From Candidatus Gastranaerophilales bacterium (GTDB taxonomy: Bacteria; Cyanobacteriota; Vampirovibrionia; Gastranaerophilales; Gastranaerophilaceae): a stretch of DNA of 64,000 nt. Shown here piece after piece: positions 9,305 through 17,114 of the stretch; the stretch's first letter is position 1; every line of letters starts with the position of its first letter. Made by a program: the position numbers and the translations under genes. Under the pieces are notes generated by a model that was not told the DNA's origin, did no database searches, and saw only the letters and a list, made by a program, of their open reading frames with translations. The DNA is taken from NCBI GenBank assembly GCA_028694425.1, contig JAQVKX010000001.1, positions 841 through 64,840 of the forward strand, read 5' to 3'.

Positions 9305-9742
9305 TTATTTTTCTATCAAAAATGTTACCGGACCTTGATTTACAAGTAAAATATCCATCATTGCCTGAAATTTTCCCGTTTTTACTTTAAGTCCGTAATT
9401 TAAAATTGTTTTTACAAAATCTTCATATAATTTATTTGCTTTATCGGGCGGTGCTGCCTTATCAAAACTCGGGCGTGTGCCTTTTTTGCAATCACCTGCA
9501 AGTGTAAACTGTGAAACAACAAGGATTTCACCTTGAACATCAATTAAAGATTTGTTCATTTTTTCGTTTTCATCTTCAAAAATTCTTAGATTGACAAGTT
9601 TTTCTGCAAGCTTTTGGGCGTTTTGTATTTCATCTTCTTTTTCTACACCCAGAAAAATCAACATACCAAAATCGATTGACGAATAAATTTCTCCGTCAAT
9701 AGTTACAGATGCGTTTTTAACTCTTTGTATCAGTGCTTTCAT
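9305..9742 (-). CDS. dtd: D-aminoacyl-tRNA deacylase
   Basis: MKALIQRV, VVSQFTL.GD..KG.RPSF and GKFQAMM motifs. Confidence 0.93.
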   Translation of the reverse strand: MKALIQRVKNASVTIDGEIYSSIDFGMLIFLGVEKEDEIQNAQKLAEKLVNLRIFEDENEKMNKSLIDVQGEILVVSQFTLAGDCKKGTRPSFDKAAPPDKANKLYEDFVKTILNYGLKVKTGKFQAMMDILLVNQGPVTFLIEK

Positions 9743-9750
9743 GTTAGTTT

Positions 9751-9823
9751 AACAGGTGAACAGGTGAAAAGTTTAATTTTGAGATAACTGTTCACCTATT
9801 CACCTTTTCAACTGTTCACCTTT
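9751..9823. repeat. SWR cluster overlapping the rlmN 3' end
   Basis: AACAGGTGAACAGGTGAAAAG ... CTGTTCACCTATTCACCTTTTCAACTGTTCACC. Confidence 0.85.
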
Positions 9824-10839
9824 CCCGTTAATTGTCCGCAGGCTGCATCTATGTCAGCTCCGCGCTCAAGTCTTATTGTAACTTTTTTTCCGGAATGTTC
9901 AAGTATGTATTTAAACTTCATAATTGATGAAGTTGAAGGTTTTTTAAACTTACTGTCTTTAATCGGATTATAGGGAATTAAATTTACATTGCATTTTATA
10001 TCCTTAAGAAAAATTGCAGTTGATTCTGCCATTTCAATTGTATCAGTCAAATCCTTTATCAATAAATACTCTATTGTAATTCTTCTTCCGGTTTTGTTTG
10101 TGTAATTTTTTAACGCTTCTTTAAGTTCTGCAAGCGGATATTTACTTTCAACAGGTATAATTTGTTTACGAACCTCAGATACAGGAGCATGCAAAGAAAG
10201 TGCTAAAGTTGATTGCATTTCCAATTCCGCAAGTTTGTTAATTCCCGGAATAATTCCGCTTGTGGAAATCGTAATCCTTCTGGCACCGATTTGAAAATCT
10301 TCGTTAAAAATTGTTAGAGACTGTAAGACATTGTCAAGGTTTAAAAGCGGTTCGCCCTGCCCCATAAAGACAACGTTTGTAACTTTCAGCCCGGTATCTC
10401 TTTGGATTGTCAAAACCTGCTCAACTATCTCTGCTGCGGTTAAGTTTCTTACAAAACCTCTTTTGCCGGTAGCACAGAATGAGCAATTGATTGCACATCC
10501 GACCTGAGAACTTACGCAAGCGGTTAAATTTGTACGGTTATCAAACCTCATAAGCACAGTTTCAACACAATTTCCGTCAGGATATCCGATTAAATATTTA
10601 ATCGTTCCGTCTTCGGAAACCTGCTTTGTTTTTACCGTAACATCAGAAACTTGTGCAATTTCAGACAATTTTTCCCTGAAATCCTTCGACAAATCAGTCA
10701 TTTCATCAATGGATTTTACCGATTTAAGATAAATCCAGTTATGAATTTGTCTTGCTCTGAATTTGGAAGCTTTCAAATCCTGTGCAATTTTTTCAAAATC
10801 TTGTTGAATCAGTCCTGACAGTATAATTTTCTTACTCAT
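9808..10839 (-). CDS. rlmN: 23S rRNA/tRNA adenine-C2 methyltransferase (radical SAM)
   Basis: CVSSQVGCAINCSFCATG radical-SAM motif, GMGEP-like FMGQGEPL, C-terminal ACGQL. Confidence 0.93.
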   Translation of the reverse strand: MSKKIILSGLIQQDFEKIAQDLKASKFRARQIHNWIYLKSVKSIDEMTDLSKDFREKLSEIAQVSDVTVKTKQVSEDGTIKYLIGYPDGNCVETVLMRFDNRTNLTACVSSQVGCAINCSFCATGKRGFVRNLTAAEIVEQVLTIQRDTGLKVTNVVFMGQGEPLLNLDNVLQSLTIFNEDFQIGARRITISTSGIIPGINKLAELEMQSTLALSLHAPVSEVRKQIIPVESKYPLAELKEALKNYTNKTGRRITIEYLLIKDLTDTIEMAESTAIFLKDIKCNVNLIPYNPIKDSKFKKPSTSSIMKFKYILEHSGKKVTIRLERGADIDAACGQLTGKVNS

Positions 10840-10856
10840 GATGAAATTATAGCAGA

Positions 10857-11082
10857 AAAGTAAATAGTGAATAGTGAATGGTGAATGGGAAACAGAAAAG
10901 AAGACAAGATGCGTAGAGGCGTAGAGGCGTGGAGTAAAATACTAAAAAACTTTTCAACTCTTCAGTCTTTCAACTTTTTACCTTATAAACAAAAGCATTT
11001 TTTATTTAAAAACTACGCATCTACGCATCTTGTCTTCTTGTCATCTCTCTAATTCTTTTCCCCTTTACCTTTTCCCTCTTTA
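10857..11082. repeat. SWR cluster with two core copies in opposite orientation
   Basis: GAAGACAAGATGCGTAGAGGCGTAGAGGCGTGGAG at 10900-10934 and CTACGCATCTACGCATCTTGTCTTC at 11013-11037. Confidence 0.9.
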
Positions 11083-11595
11083 AGCCGTTTTTATTGTGGG
11101 CTGGACAAATATTCTTGCCGCTAAATCCTTATCAAGCAAGTAAAGAGCACTCTTATCATCACCGATTAATTTTAGTTTAGAGATAATATCCTGTGCGTTA
11201 GCTTCTTCTTCGACTTGTTCATCCACAAACCAGTTCATATAAGACATTGTAGCTCTGTCTTTTACTTCTTCCGCAATTGTTACAATGTTATTAATCAAGC
11301 TTGTCACATAAATTTCATGCTTAAGAACTTCTTCCATAACATTAAGCGGATTTTTCCAACGGTTAGGCGGTGCATCAATCGGAGTTAAAATAACTCTTTC
11401 ACCCCTGTCAATCAAAAAGTCATATATAAGCATTGCATGAGCCGTTTCTTCTTGTGCTTGAACTCTCATCCAGTTTGCAAAACCAAGCAAACCCAAATCA
11501 GAAAAGTAAGCGGACATTGACAAATACAAATATGCCGAATATAATTCCTTATTTACCTGTTCAATAAGAATTTTTCCTACTTTTTCATTAATCAT
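11080..11595 (-). CDS. ftn: non-heme ferritin
   Basis: NKELYSAYLYLSMSAYF and QAQEETAHAM ferroxidase-site pattern. Confidence 0.9.
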   Translation of the reverse strand: MINEKVGKILIEQVNKELYSAYLYLSMSAYFSDLGLLGFANWMRVQAQEETAHAMLIYDFLIDRGERVILTPIDAPPNRWKNPLNVMEEVLKHEIYVTSLINNIVTIAEEVKDRATMSYMNWFVDEQVEEEANAQDIISKLKLIGDDKSALYLLDKDLAARIFVQPTIKTA

Positions 11596-11980
11596 ATTTT
11601 GCCTCCCACAATCCGTGCAAATTACAAAATTCTCTTGCCGTAAGTGCTCCTATATCATACCATTTCAGAGGGAATATAGGCTCTTCATTCGGGTATAAGT
11701 ATTTTCTCTTAACGTATCTTTCATCTTTGGAAAAAACCTCAATGAATTGGATATAATGTTCATCTGTCATAGGGTGTAAAACGCTTCCTACACGCACTTC
11801 AAGCTCATTGTCTTTCTTTACAAAGAAAGGAACGTGTTTCTCACCTGCAGCATCAGTTGTATTTGGCTCCAGCAAAACCATCGGCTGTCCGCAACAAACA
11901 AGTTCTCCTGCACCGGCTAAAACAACTTCTACAAAGTTTCCGCAAAGTTCACATTTGTACATTTCTAATTTTTTAGTCAT
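11588..11980 (-). CDS. dfx: desulfoferrodoxin (superoxide reductase)
   Basis: N-terminal CELCGN...CCG desulforedoxin-type site, EKHVP, HPM..EHYI and C..HGLW centre II motifs; start at the ATG at 11980 with a GGGGGA RBS; 8-nt overlap with ftn. Confidence 0.9.
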   Translation of the reverse strand: MTKKLEMYKCELCGNFVEVVLAGAGELVCCGQPMVLLEPNTTDAAGEKHVPFFVKKDNELEVRVGSVLHPMTDEHYIQFIEVFSKDERYVKRKYLYPNEEPIFPLKWYDIGALTAREFCNLHGLWEAKYD

Positions 11981-12064
11981 GATAAAATCCCCCTTTCGTT
12001 TGGTTATTTTAACATAAAAAAAATAAACATAAAAAAACATTATCCGATGTGCTAATATATTGTT

Positions 12065-12667
12065 ATGAGTAATTTAAGCACAGATGTTGATAATTTAAAA
12101 CAAAATTACAGGGAAATCTTTATTCGGGTAAGTGAAGAATTTAACCGTAAAACTGCAAATATGTCCGAAGATGAATTTTCAAAGTTTGTGAAGGAAGATT
12201 TTTTAAAAGAAGCTTATGAAATACAATTAAAAATCTCACAAAGCAGGCGAAAATTCACATGCAAAAACTGCGGTGTTTGTTGTAAACTTGCATGCAGTGA
12301 ATTTTCACCCGATGAATTACAGCAAAAAGCCCAAAGGGGTGATGATTTTGCACAGCAATTTTTGAGTGTTTTTGTTCCTTATAAAGACGAAAATTACCCT
12401 GAAAAGATTTACCCTGAATATTTTAAGCTTTTACAAGAAAAACTTCAGGGTGAAAATGTTTATTTCTACTATTGTCCGAAAGTTACCAAAGATAACCTCT
12501 GTCCGGATTATGAAAATCGTCCTCAGATTTGCAGGGATTTTCCTGACAATCCGCTTGGTTTTTTGCCGAAAAGCTGCGGATTTTTAAAATGGAAGGAAGA
12601 AGTTGAAGCAGATGCACTAAAACTCCATGCCATACTTGAAATTGCAAGGTTTTTTATAAATGATTAA
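12065..12667 (+). CDS. YkgJ-family cysteine-cluster (CxxCxxCC) protein
   Basis: CKNCGVCCKLAC plus a later CPDYENRPQICRDFP segment, typical of UPF0153/YkgJ proteins. Confidence 0.75.
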   Translation: MSNLSTDVDNLKQNYREIFIRVSEEFNRKTANMSEDEFSKFVKEDFLKEAYEIQLKISQSRRKFTCKNCGVCCKLACSEFSPDELQQKAQRGDDFAQQFLSVFVPYKDENYPEKIYPEYFKLLQEKLQGENVYFYYCPKVTKDNLCPDYENRPQICRDFPDNPLGFLPKSCGFLKWKEEVEADALKLHAILEIARFFIND

Positions 12668-12786
12668 ATAAATGGAAAATGGAAAATTCTTTAGGTCTCT
12701 TAAAAACTACGCCTCTACGCCTCCACGCATCTTGTCTTCTTTCCTGTTCCCCATTCACTATTCACTATTTCCCATTACACTATCCC
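12668..12786. repeat. SWR cluster (core in reverse at 12707-12739)
   Basis: AAATGGAAAATGGAAAA; CTACGCCTCTACGCCTCCACGCATCTTGTCTTC; CCATTCACTATTCACTATTTCCC. Confidence 0.9.
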
Positions 12787-12850
12787 ATGCCCAAGGCATG
12801 CCTTTATTAATAATTTTTACATTTCTTAACCAAAAAAGCCGGTTTTTTCA

Positions 12851-12907
12851 ATCATGGAAAACCATGTACAGAGCATGTTTCCATGATTGCGACTATCTGC
12901 AATCATG
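12851..12907 (+). other. two overlapping, mutually exclusive CATG-centred hairpins
   Basis: ATCATGGAAA(12851-60)/TTTCCATGAT(12878-87) and CATGATTGC-GACTATCT-GCAATCATG(12882-12907) share 6 nt. Confidence 0.5.
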
Positions 12908-13122
12908 TTATAGCTTGTGATATATCATGGTTGATATACTTAAAATACAGCACCCAAGCATGATTGAGTTGATTGTTTCAAAATGTAATATTGTATTCAA
13001 ATCCCTCTTGCAAAAAGATTCTTAGCCCTTATAATAGAATTTAAGTAAGGTTTGATAAGCCTCTTGGGATAGTTGTAAAAATTACTGATTTTGTTTAAAT
13101 AAATTGGGCGAAGGAGATAATA

Positions 13123-13341
13123 TTGTTTAGAAGTCGTGATATGGGAAGAGCTGTGGCAGTCAGAAGATGGACACCGACTGCAATAGATTGTTATAAGAGG
13201 GGATGTAATTGTGAAGGCTGTTTTTATAATGACTTTTTTAGCGGAACAACGCAAAAATGTCAAATGAAAGCAGCAGTTCTTGAGTTAGTGAGAGTAATAG
13301 GCACTCCAGATGTGGAGTTGCAGCAAATACTTCATGATTAA
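13123..13341 (+). CDS. small Cys-rich hypothetical protein (72 aa)
   Basis: AAGGAG RBS 7 nt before a TTG start; CYKRGCNCEGC cluster; followed by a clean terminator; GC-richer than its flanks. Confidence 0.45.
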   Translation: MFRSRDMGRAVAVRRWTPTAIDCYKRGCNCEGCFYNDFFSGTTQKCQMKAAVLELVRVIGTPDVELQQILHD

Positions 13342-13370
13342 ACAGGAAGTATAGAAAGATACTTTGAGTT

Positions 13371-13405
13371 AGGCGAAATTTGGGGAAATTTCGCCTTTTT
13401 ATTTT
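13371..13405 (+). terminator. rho-independent terminator
   Basis: AGGCGAAATTT-GGGG-AAATTTCGCCT followed by TTTTTATTTT. Confidence 0.7.
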
Positions 13406-13410
13406 AAGTC

Positions 13411-13726
13411 GAGCATAGTATACGAGCATGCGGAAAAAGTCCCATTTTGACAAAAGCGGATTGCGAGCGGAGGCTGAAGGGCAAAACCACGCTTTTGCCC
13501 GAAATGCCGTTTAACGCGAGCAACCAAGGAGACTTTTTTGCATGCGACCTAAGAAGTGTGAAAGCCTTGCCGGCTGCGGGATAGCGAATTTTCGCCGGAG
13601 GGCGAAAGGGCAAAACGACGCTTTTGCCCATAGCCCGTTCAACGGCGAATAATTCAAGAAGCCGGCGGCAAGGCTTGAAACCGGACATCAGAGTTTACAG
13701 GAAAAAGGAATTTTTTCCGTAAACTC
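13411..13726. repeat. nested-palindrome element (NPE), long copy
   Basis: shares both ends and a central hairpin with 38692-38847; contains two extra GGGCAAAAC(C/G)ACGCTTTTGCCC hairpins; ends in GAGTTTACAGGAAAAAGGAATTTTTTCCGTAAACTC. Confidence 0.85.
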
Positions 13727-13794
13727 ATACAAATAAAAAAGATTGCCCATGATTTTTTGGACAATCTCTTTTAATTATTTGCTTACTTTATCTA

Positions 13795-16212
13795 TTAAGC
13801 TACTGGTTTTATGTTCGGATATTTTACTAATGCAACTTTTGTTGTTGCAGGTGTTGTTGCTTTTGGTTTGCTTGCTGCTTCTTTTGTTTTTTGAGCTGCT
13901 GTTTGTAAATCTTTTAATTTATCCAGTTCGTCTTTTGTTCCGACTCTGGCTTCAGATGTAACATATCTTGCAGTAATTTTTCCTCCGGACTTTTCGATTA
14001 TTGCTATACGTTTAATAATCTGGTCAGTTGTTCCTTCTTTGAGTTCAAGTTTTTCAAAGACCATATATGGTTGTTTTGTGCTTTGAGAATGATCCTCTTT
14101 TAATCTGAATCCTGCTTCGTTAAGGAAGTAATTTTTTGCTTGATTAAGATCCTTTGAACTGCATTCTTTATCATGCTGACCTGCTGCATAAGTGTATTTA
14201 CCGAGTTCAAGAGGGCTTTTATAAATATCACTCGCAAAGTAATCTTTGCCTAATTTATATGAGTATATGATTGCTGTGACTTGACTGAAGCTCTTACCTT
14301 GTAATTTGTCAGTTAAGTTGTTATCTTTTACAAATTGACTGTTTAAAAGTTCTGTTCTAAGTTGGCCTAAAGTTGTACATTTATTGAACACATCGGTGCT
14401 TAAAAGCTCTCTTGCAATTTCTATATGTTGTTTATATGCTTCGGCATCATTTATCAATATTTGATCTTCATTTACAAGTGTAGGTGTTGTTTGTGTAGGT
14501 GTTGCTGCAGGTTGTGCCGGTGTTGCTGGTGTTACTACTGCTTGTGAGCTTACAGTACCATCAGGTTTTACTTCGGCGGATGAGCTTACACTTGGTGCAG
14601 GAGATGGCACCGCAGGTGAAGCAGGTGCTGCCGGTTGTGCTGGTGCTAATATGTGACCTGGTACGGTTGGTGGTGCCGGAGGTGCTGTTAAGGGTGTTCT
14701 ACTTGGTACAGCTGCTTTCGGAACTGCAGGTACCTTTACTCCGTTGGGTGTTCCTCCTGTTGAAGGTTGTGGTGTACCCCCTGCTCCTATATGTATGCCA
14801 CCTTCCGGAATTTCACCTTCGTAAGTAATTTTTGGTGCCGGTTTACTTTCTGCTTCTGATTCTGATGATTTTTTTTCTGTTTTGGTAGTTCCATCCTGAG
14901 CCGTGACAGTAGTTTCAGTTTCTGCTCTAGACCTTGTCCTCATTATTCTACCATCTCCAGAACCTGGTACAGTTCCATTTGTTGAAGGTGTAGGCGTAGC
15001 TGCCCCGGATTGTCCTGTTGTTGGTGTTGCAGTTGATGTAGGTGCAGGCGTTGTCCCTGCTGTTGGCGCTGTTGGTGCTGCAGGTGCAGGCGTTGTTCCT
15101 GCTGTTGGTGTTGCTGGTGCTGCAGGTGATGTTCCTGCTTGTGCTTGTGTCTGTGCTTGTCCGGGAGTTGCAGTTGCGCTCGAACCCGTTCCGCTTGTAT
15201 TCGGTGTAGAAGTTGGTGCTGCAGGTTGACCCGTTGCTGCAGGTGGTAGTGCAGGTGCTGTCTGGGTAGCAGGTCCTGCTGCTGTTGTTGTATTAGTAGC
15301 CGATGCCGGTGGTAATCCTGCTAATACGAATTCTTGCTGACGCTTAATTTCTGCTTGAATTTTCGGGTCATTCCCTGATAAAATCCCTTGGAAAGCGGTT
15401 TGAGGGGTGTCCCCTGCGTCCAATATTCCATTTTTATTAGTATCTATTAATACGGTGGCGATTGTTTCCTTATTTCCGTCTCCATTAATATCATCTGTAA
15501 CACTGCATGTCCTACTTGAAGGAGTGTTTGTTTGTCCTTGTCCTTGCATTTGCGGTTGGACTTGTTGTTGAGGGTATTGTTGAACTTGCGGGTATTGTTG
15601 CGGGTATTGTTGCGGATATTGTTGAGGGTATTGTTGAACTTGCGGGTACCCACCATATTGAGGCATAGGTTGATAACCCGGTTGATAATAGTATTGTGGT
15701 TGTTGTGGTGGTCCGTATCCTTGTCCTTGTTGTAGAAATGCCGGTATTGTTCCTATTCCCAATCCTGATTTCAGAGCCTCAATTAAGGCATTTGTGAGTG
15801 TCAAAGATGGGGCATCATTCCCAAAAGCGAAACCGAAACCGGAAGGGAGTAAACACGTTGGTGCCTGTTGATATGCCGGAGCCGGTTGATATGTTTGAGT
15901 TGGGAAGTACGGCATACCTAAACCGGGGTTCGGGTAGCAAGCTCCTCCTGCTTGAGCAGGGAAACCATATCCCATTGGCTGTGTATTGCCACCGAAAAAT
16001 GGGCTAATCGTTGGATTAACACTTATGCTGATGTTTGGACTTCCGAAAGAACTTGAATAAGTTGTCTGAGTTCTTGGTGCAAAAATGTTTGAACCGGAAT
16101 AATCCCAAGGGTTTATTCGGCCATTGGGCGGTGTTGCAGCCGTACTAAATTGCGGTCTGGCAGATGAGGGCGATACTCCTCCTGCCAAAAACGGTAAAGG
16201 TAAAATGAACAT
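13795..16212 (-). CDS. large P/T/A/Q-rich low-complexity protein with a DxNxDG calcium-binding-like motif and a globular C-terminal domain
   Basis: 805-aa open frame; GGAAGGA RBS 7 nt upstream of the ATG; QQYPQQYPQQYPQ repeats; DINGDGNKE...DTNKNGILDAGD; long PT/PA linkers; C-terminal ~230 aa of normal composition. Confidence 0.65.
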   Translation of the reverse strand: MFILPLPFLAGGVSPSSARPQFSTAATPPNGRINPWDYSGSNIFAPRTQTTYSSSFGSPNISISVNPTISPFFGGNTQPMGYGFPAQAGGACYPNPGLGMPYFPTQTYQPAPAYQQAPTCLLPSGFGFAFGNDAPSLTLTNALIEALKSGLGIGTIPAFLQQGQGYGPPQQPQYYYQPGYQPMPQYGGYPQVQQYPQQYPQQYPQQYPQVQQYPQQQVQPQMQGQGQTNTPSSRTCSVTDDINGDGNKETIATVLIDTNKNGILDAGDTPQTAFQGILSGNDPKIQAEIKRQQEFVLAGLPPASATNTTTAAGPATQTAPALPPAATGQPAAPTSTPNTSGTGSSATATPGQAQTQAQAGTSPAAPATPTAGTTPAPAAPTAPTAGTTPAPTSTATPTTGQSGAATPTPSTNGTVPGSGDGRIMRTRSRAETETTVTAQDGTTKTEKKSSESEAESKPAPKITYEGEIPEGGIHIGAGGTPQPSTGGTPNGVKVPAVPKAAVPSRTPLTAPPAPPTVPGHILAPAQPAAPASPAVPSPAPSVSSSAEVKPDGTVSSQAVVTPATPAQPAATPTQTTPTLVNEDQILINDAEAYKQHIEIARELLSTDVFNKCTTLGQLRTELLNSQFVKDNNLTDKLQGKSFSQVTAIIYSYKLGKDYFASDIYKSPLELGKYTYAAGQHDKECSSKDLNQAKNYFLNEAGFRLKEDHSQSTKQPYMVFEKLELKEGTTDQIIKRIAIIEKSGGKITARYVTSEARVGTKDELDKLKDLQTAAQKTKEAASKPKATTPATTKVALVKYPNIKPVA

Positions 16213-16237
16213 AATAAAATCCTTCCTTTCGTTATAT

Positions 16238-16279
16238 TCCTATAAATATCCTATTGTAAATATCCTATATATATCCTAT
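16238..16279 (-). promoter_or_regulatory. four direct repeats (A)TATCCTAT immediately upstream of the 805-aa gene
   Basis: TCCTAT at 16238, 16249, 16263 and 16274 (spacing 11/14/11 nt). Confidence 0.4.
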
Positions 16280-16365
16280 ATACATATAAAGTTGATATCA
16301 GATTTATAATTGCTATATTTTTAACATAATTTTTATACATGCGTTTAAAATGCAGTTATAGCAAG

Positions 16366-16392
16366 AAAAAAATTGTTAAGAAATCTTAACAA
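16366..16392 (-). terminator. rho-independent terminator of nth
   Basis: TTGTTAAGA-AAT-TCTTAACAA 9-bp stem followed on the minus strand by T7. Confidence 0.6.
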
Positions 16393-16440
16393 AACCTGCT
16401 GAAAGCATGTCATAGCAAGAAAAATCATGGGAATAAAAAG

Positions 16441-17085
16441 TTATTTAATTGAGACTTTTTCCGTGCTCTCTTTCTTACAATATTTTTTAATAGGGCAATT
16501 TTCGCACAATGGTTTAACAGGTTTGCAAGTATTTTGACCATGGGTTACAAGCAAAGTATTTATATCTATCCAGAATTCTTGCGGAAGTTTTTTGCGGAGT
16601 GCAAATTCCGTTTCTTCGGGTGTTTTTGTTTGCACGTAACCAAGCCGATTACAAATCCTATGCACATGAACATCAACACAGATTGCCGGTTTTCTAAAAC
16701 CTTTTGCAAGGACTAAATTTGCTGTCTTTCGTCCTACTCCTTTAAATTTTACAAGCTCGTCAATTGTGTCGGGGACTTTCAAATTATATTTTTCAATCAA
16801 AATCCTTGACAGTTCAATAATTTGTTTTGCTTTGTTTTTATAAAAACCGACCGGAAAAATTGCTCTTTCAAGCTTTTTGACATCAAGATTAGCAAACTCG
16901 GAAGGAGTTTTTCCTAACTCTAACATCCTTAAAGTTGCAGGATAAGTTGTTTTATCGTTTGTTCTTAAACTTAAAATGCAGGCAATTAAAACCAAAAACG
17001 GGTCAGCAAAAGTCTCCATAAGCTTTACAAAATCGCTTTGAGGTTGGTTGGCAGCTTTTAAGATTTTTATTATTTTTTCTATCAT
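16441..17085 (-). CDS. nth: endonuclease III
   Basis: HhH-GPD pattern FKGVGRKTANLVL and C-terminal 4Fe-4S cluster CKPVKPLCENCPIKKYC. Confidence 0.92.
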   Translation of the reverse strand: MIEKIIKILKAANQPQSDFVKLMETFADPFLVLIACILSLRTNDKTTYPATLRMLELGKTPSEFANLDVKKLERAIFPVGFYKNKAKQIIELSRILIEKYNLKVPDTIDELVKFKGVGRKTANLVLAKGFRKPAICVDVHVHRICNRLGYVQTKTPEETEFALRKKLPQEFWIDINTLLVTHGQNTCKPVKPLCENCPIKKYCKKESTEKVSIK

Positions 17086-17114
17086 AATTTAGTTGATAAG
17101 TTTATTTAGGTTGT

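Noticed and set aside
13404-13688. ORFs beginning MSGFKPCRRL at 13404-13688 and 38607-38810, which look like a conserved protein pair
   Set aside because: Both are translations through copies of the nested-palindrome element. Similarity stops where the DNA repeat stops, and the frames are filled with hairpin sequence.
14499-15735. Plus-strand ORFs (14499-14828, 14903-15229, 15532-15735) antisense to the 805-aa gene
   Set aside because: GC-rich low-complexity coding DNA leaves the opposite strand open by chance. The products are monotonous V/L/A strings with no RBS.
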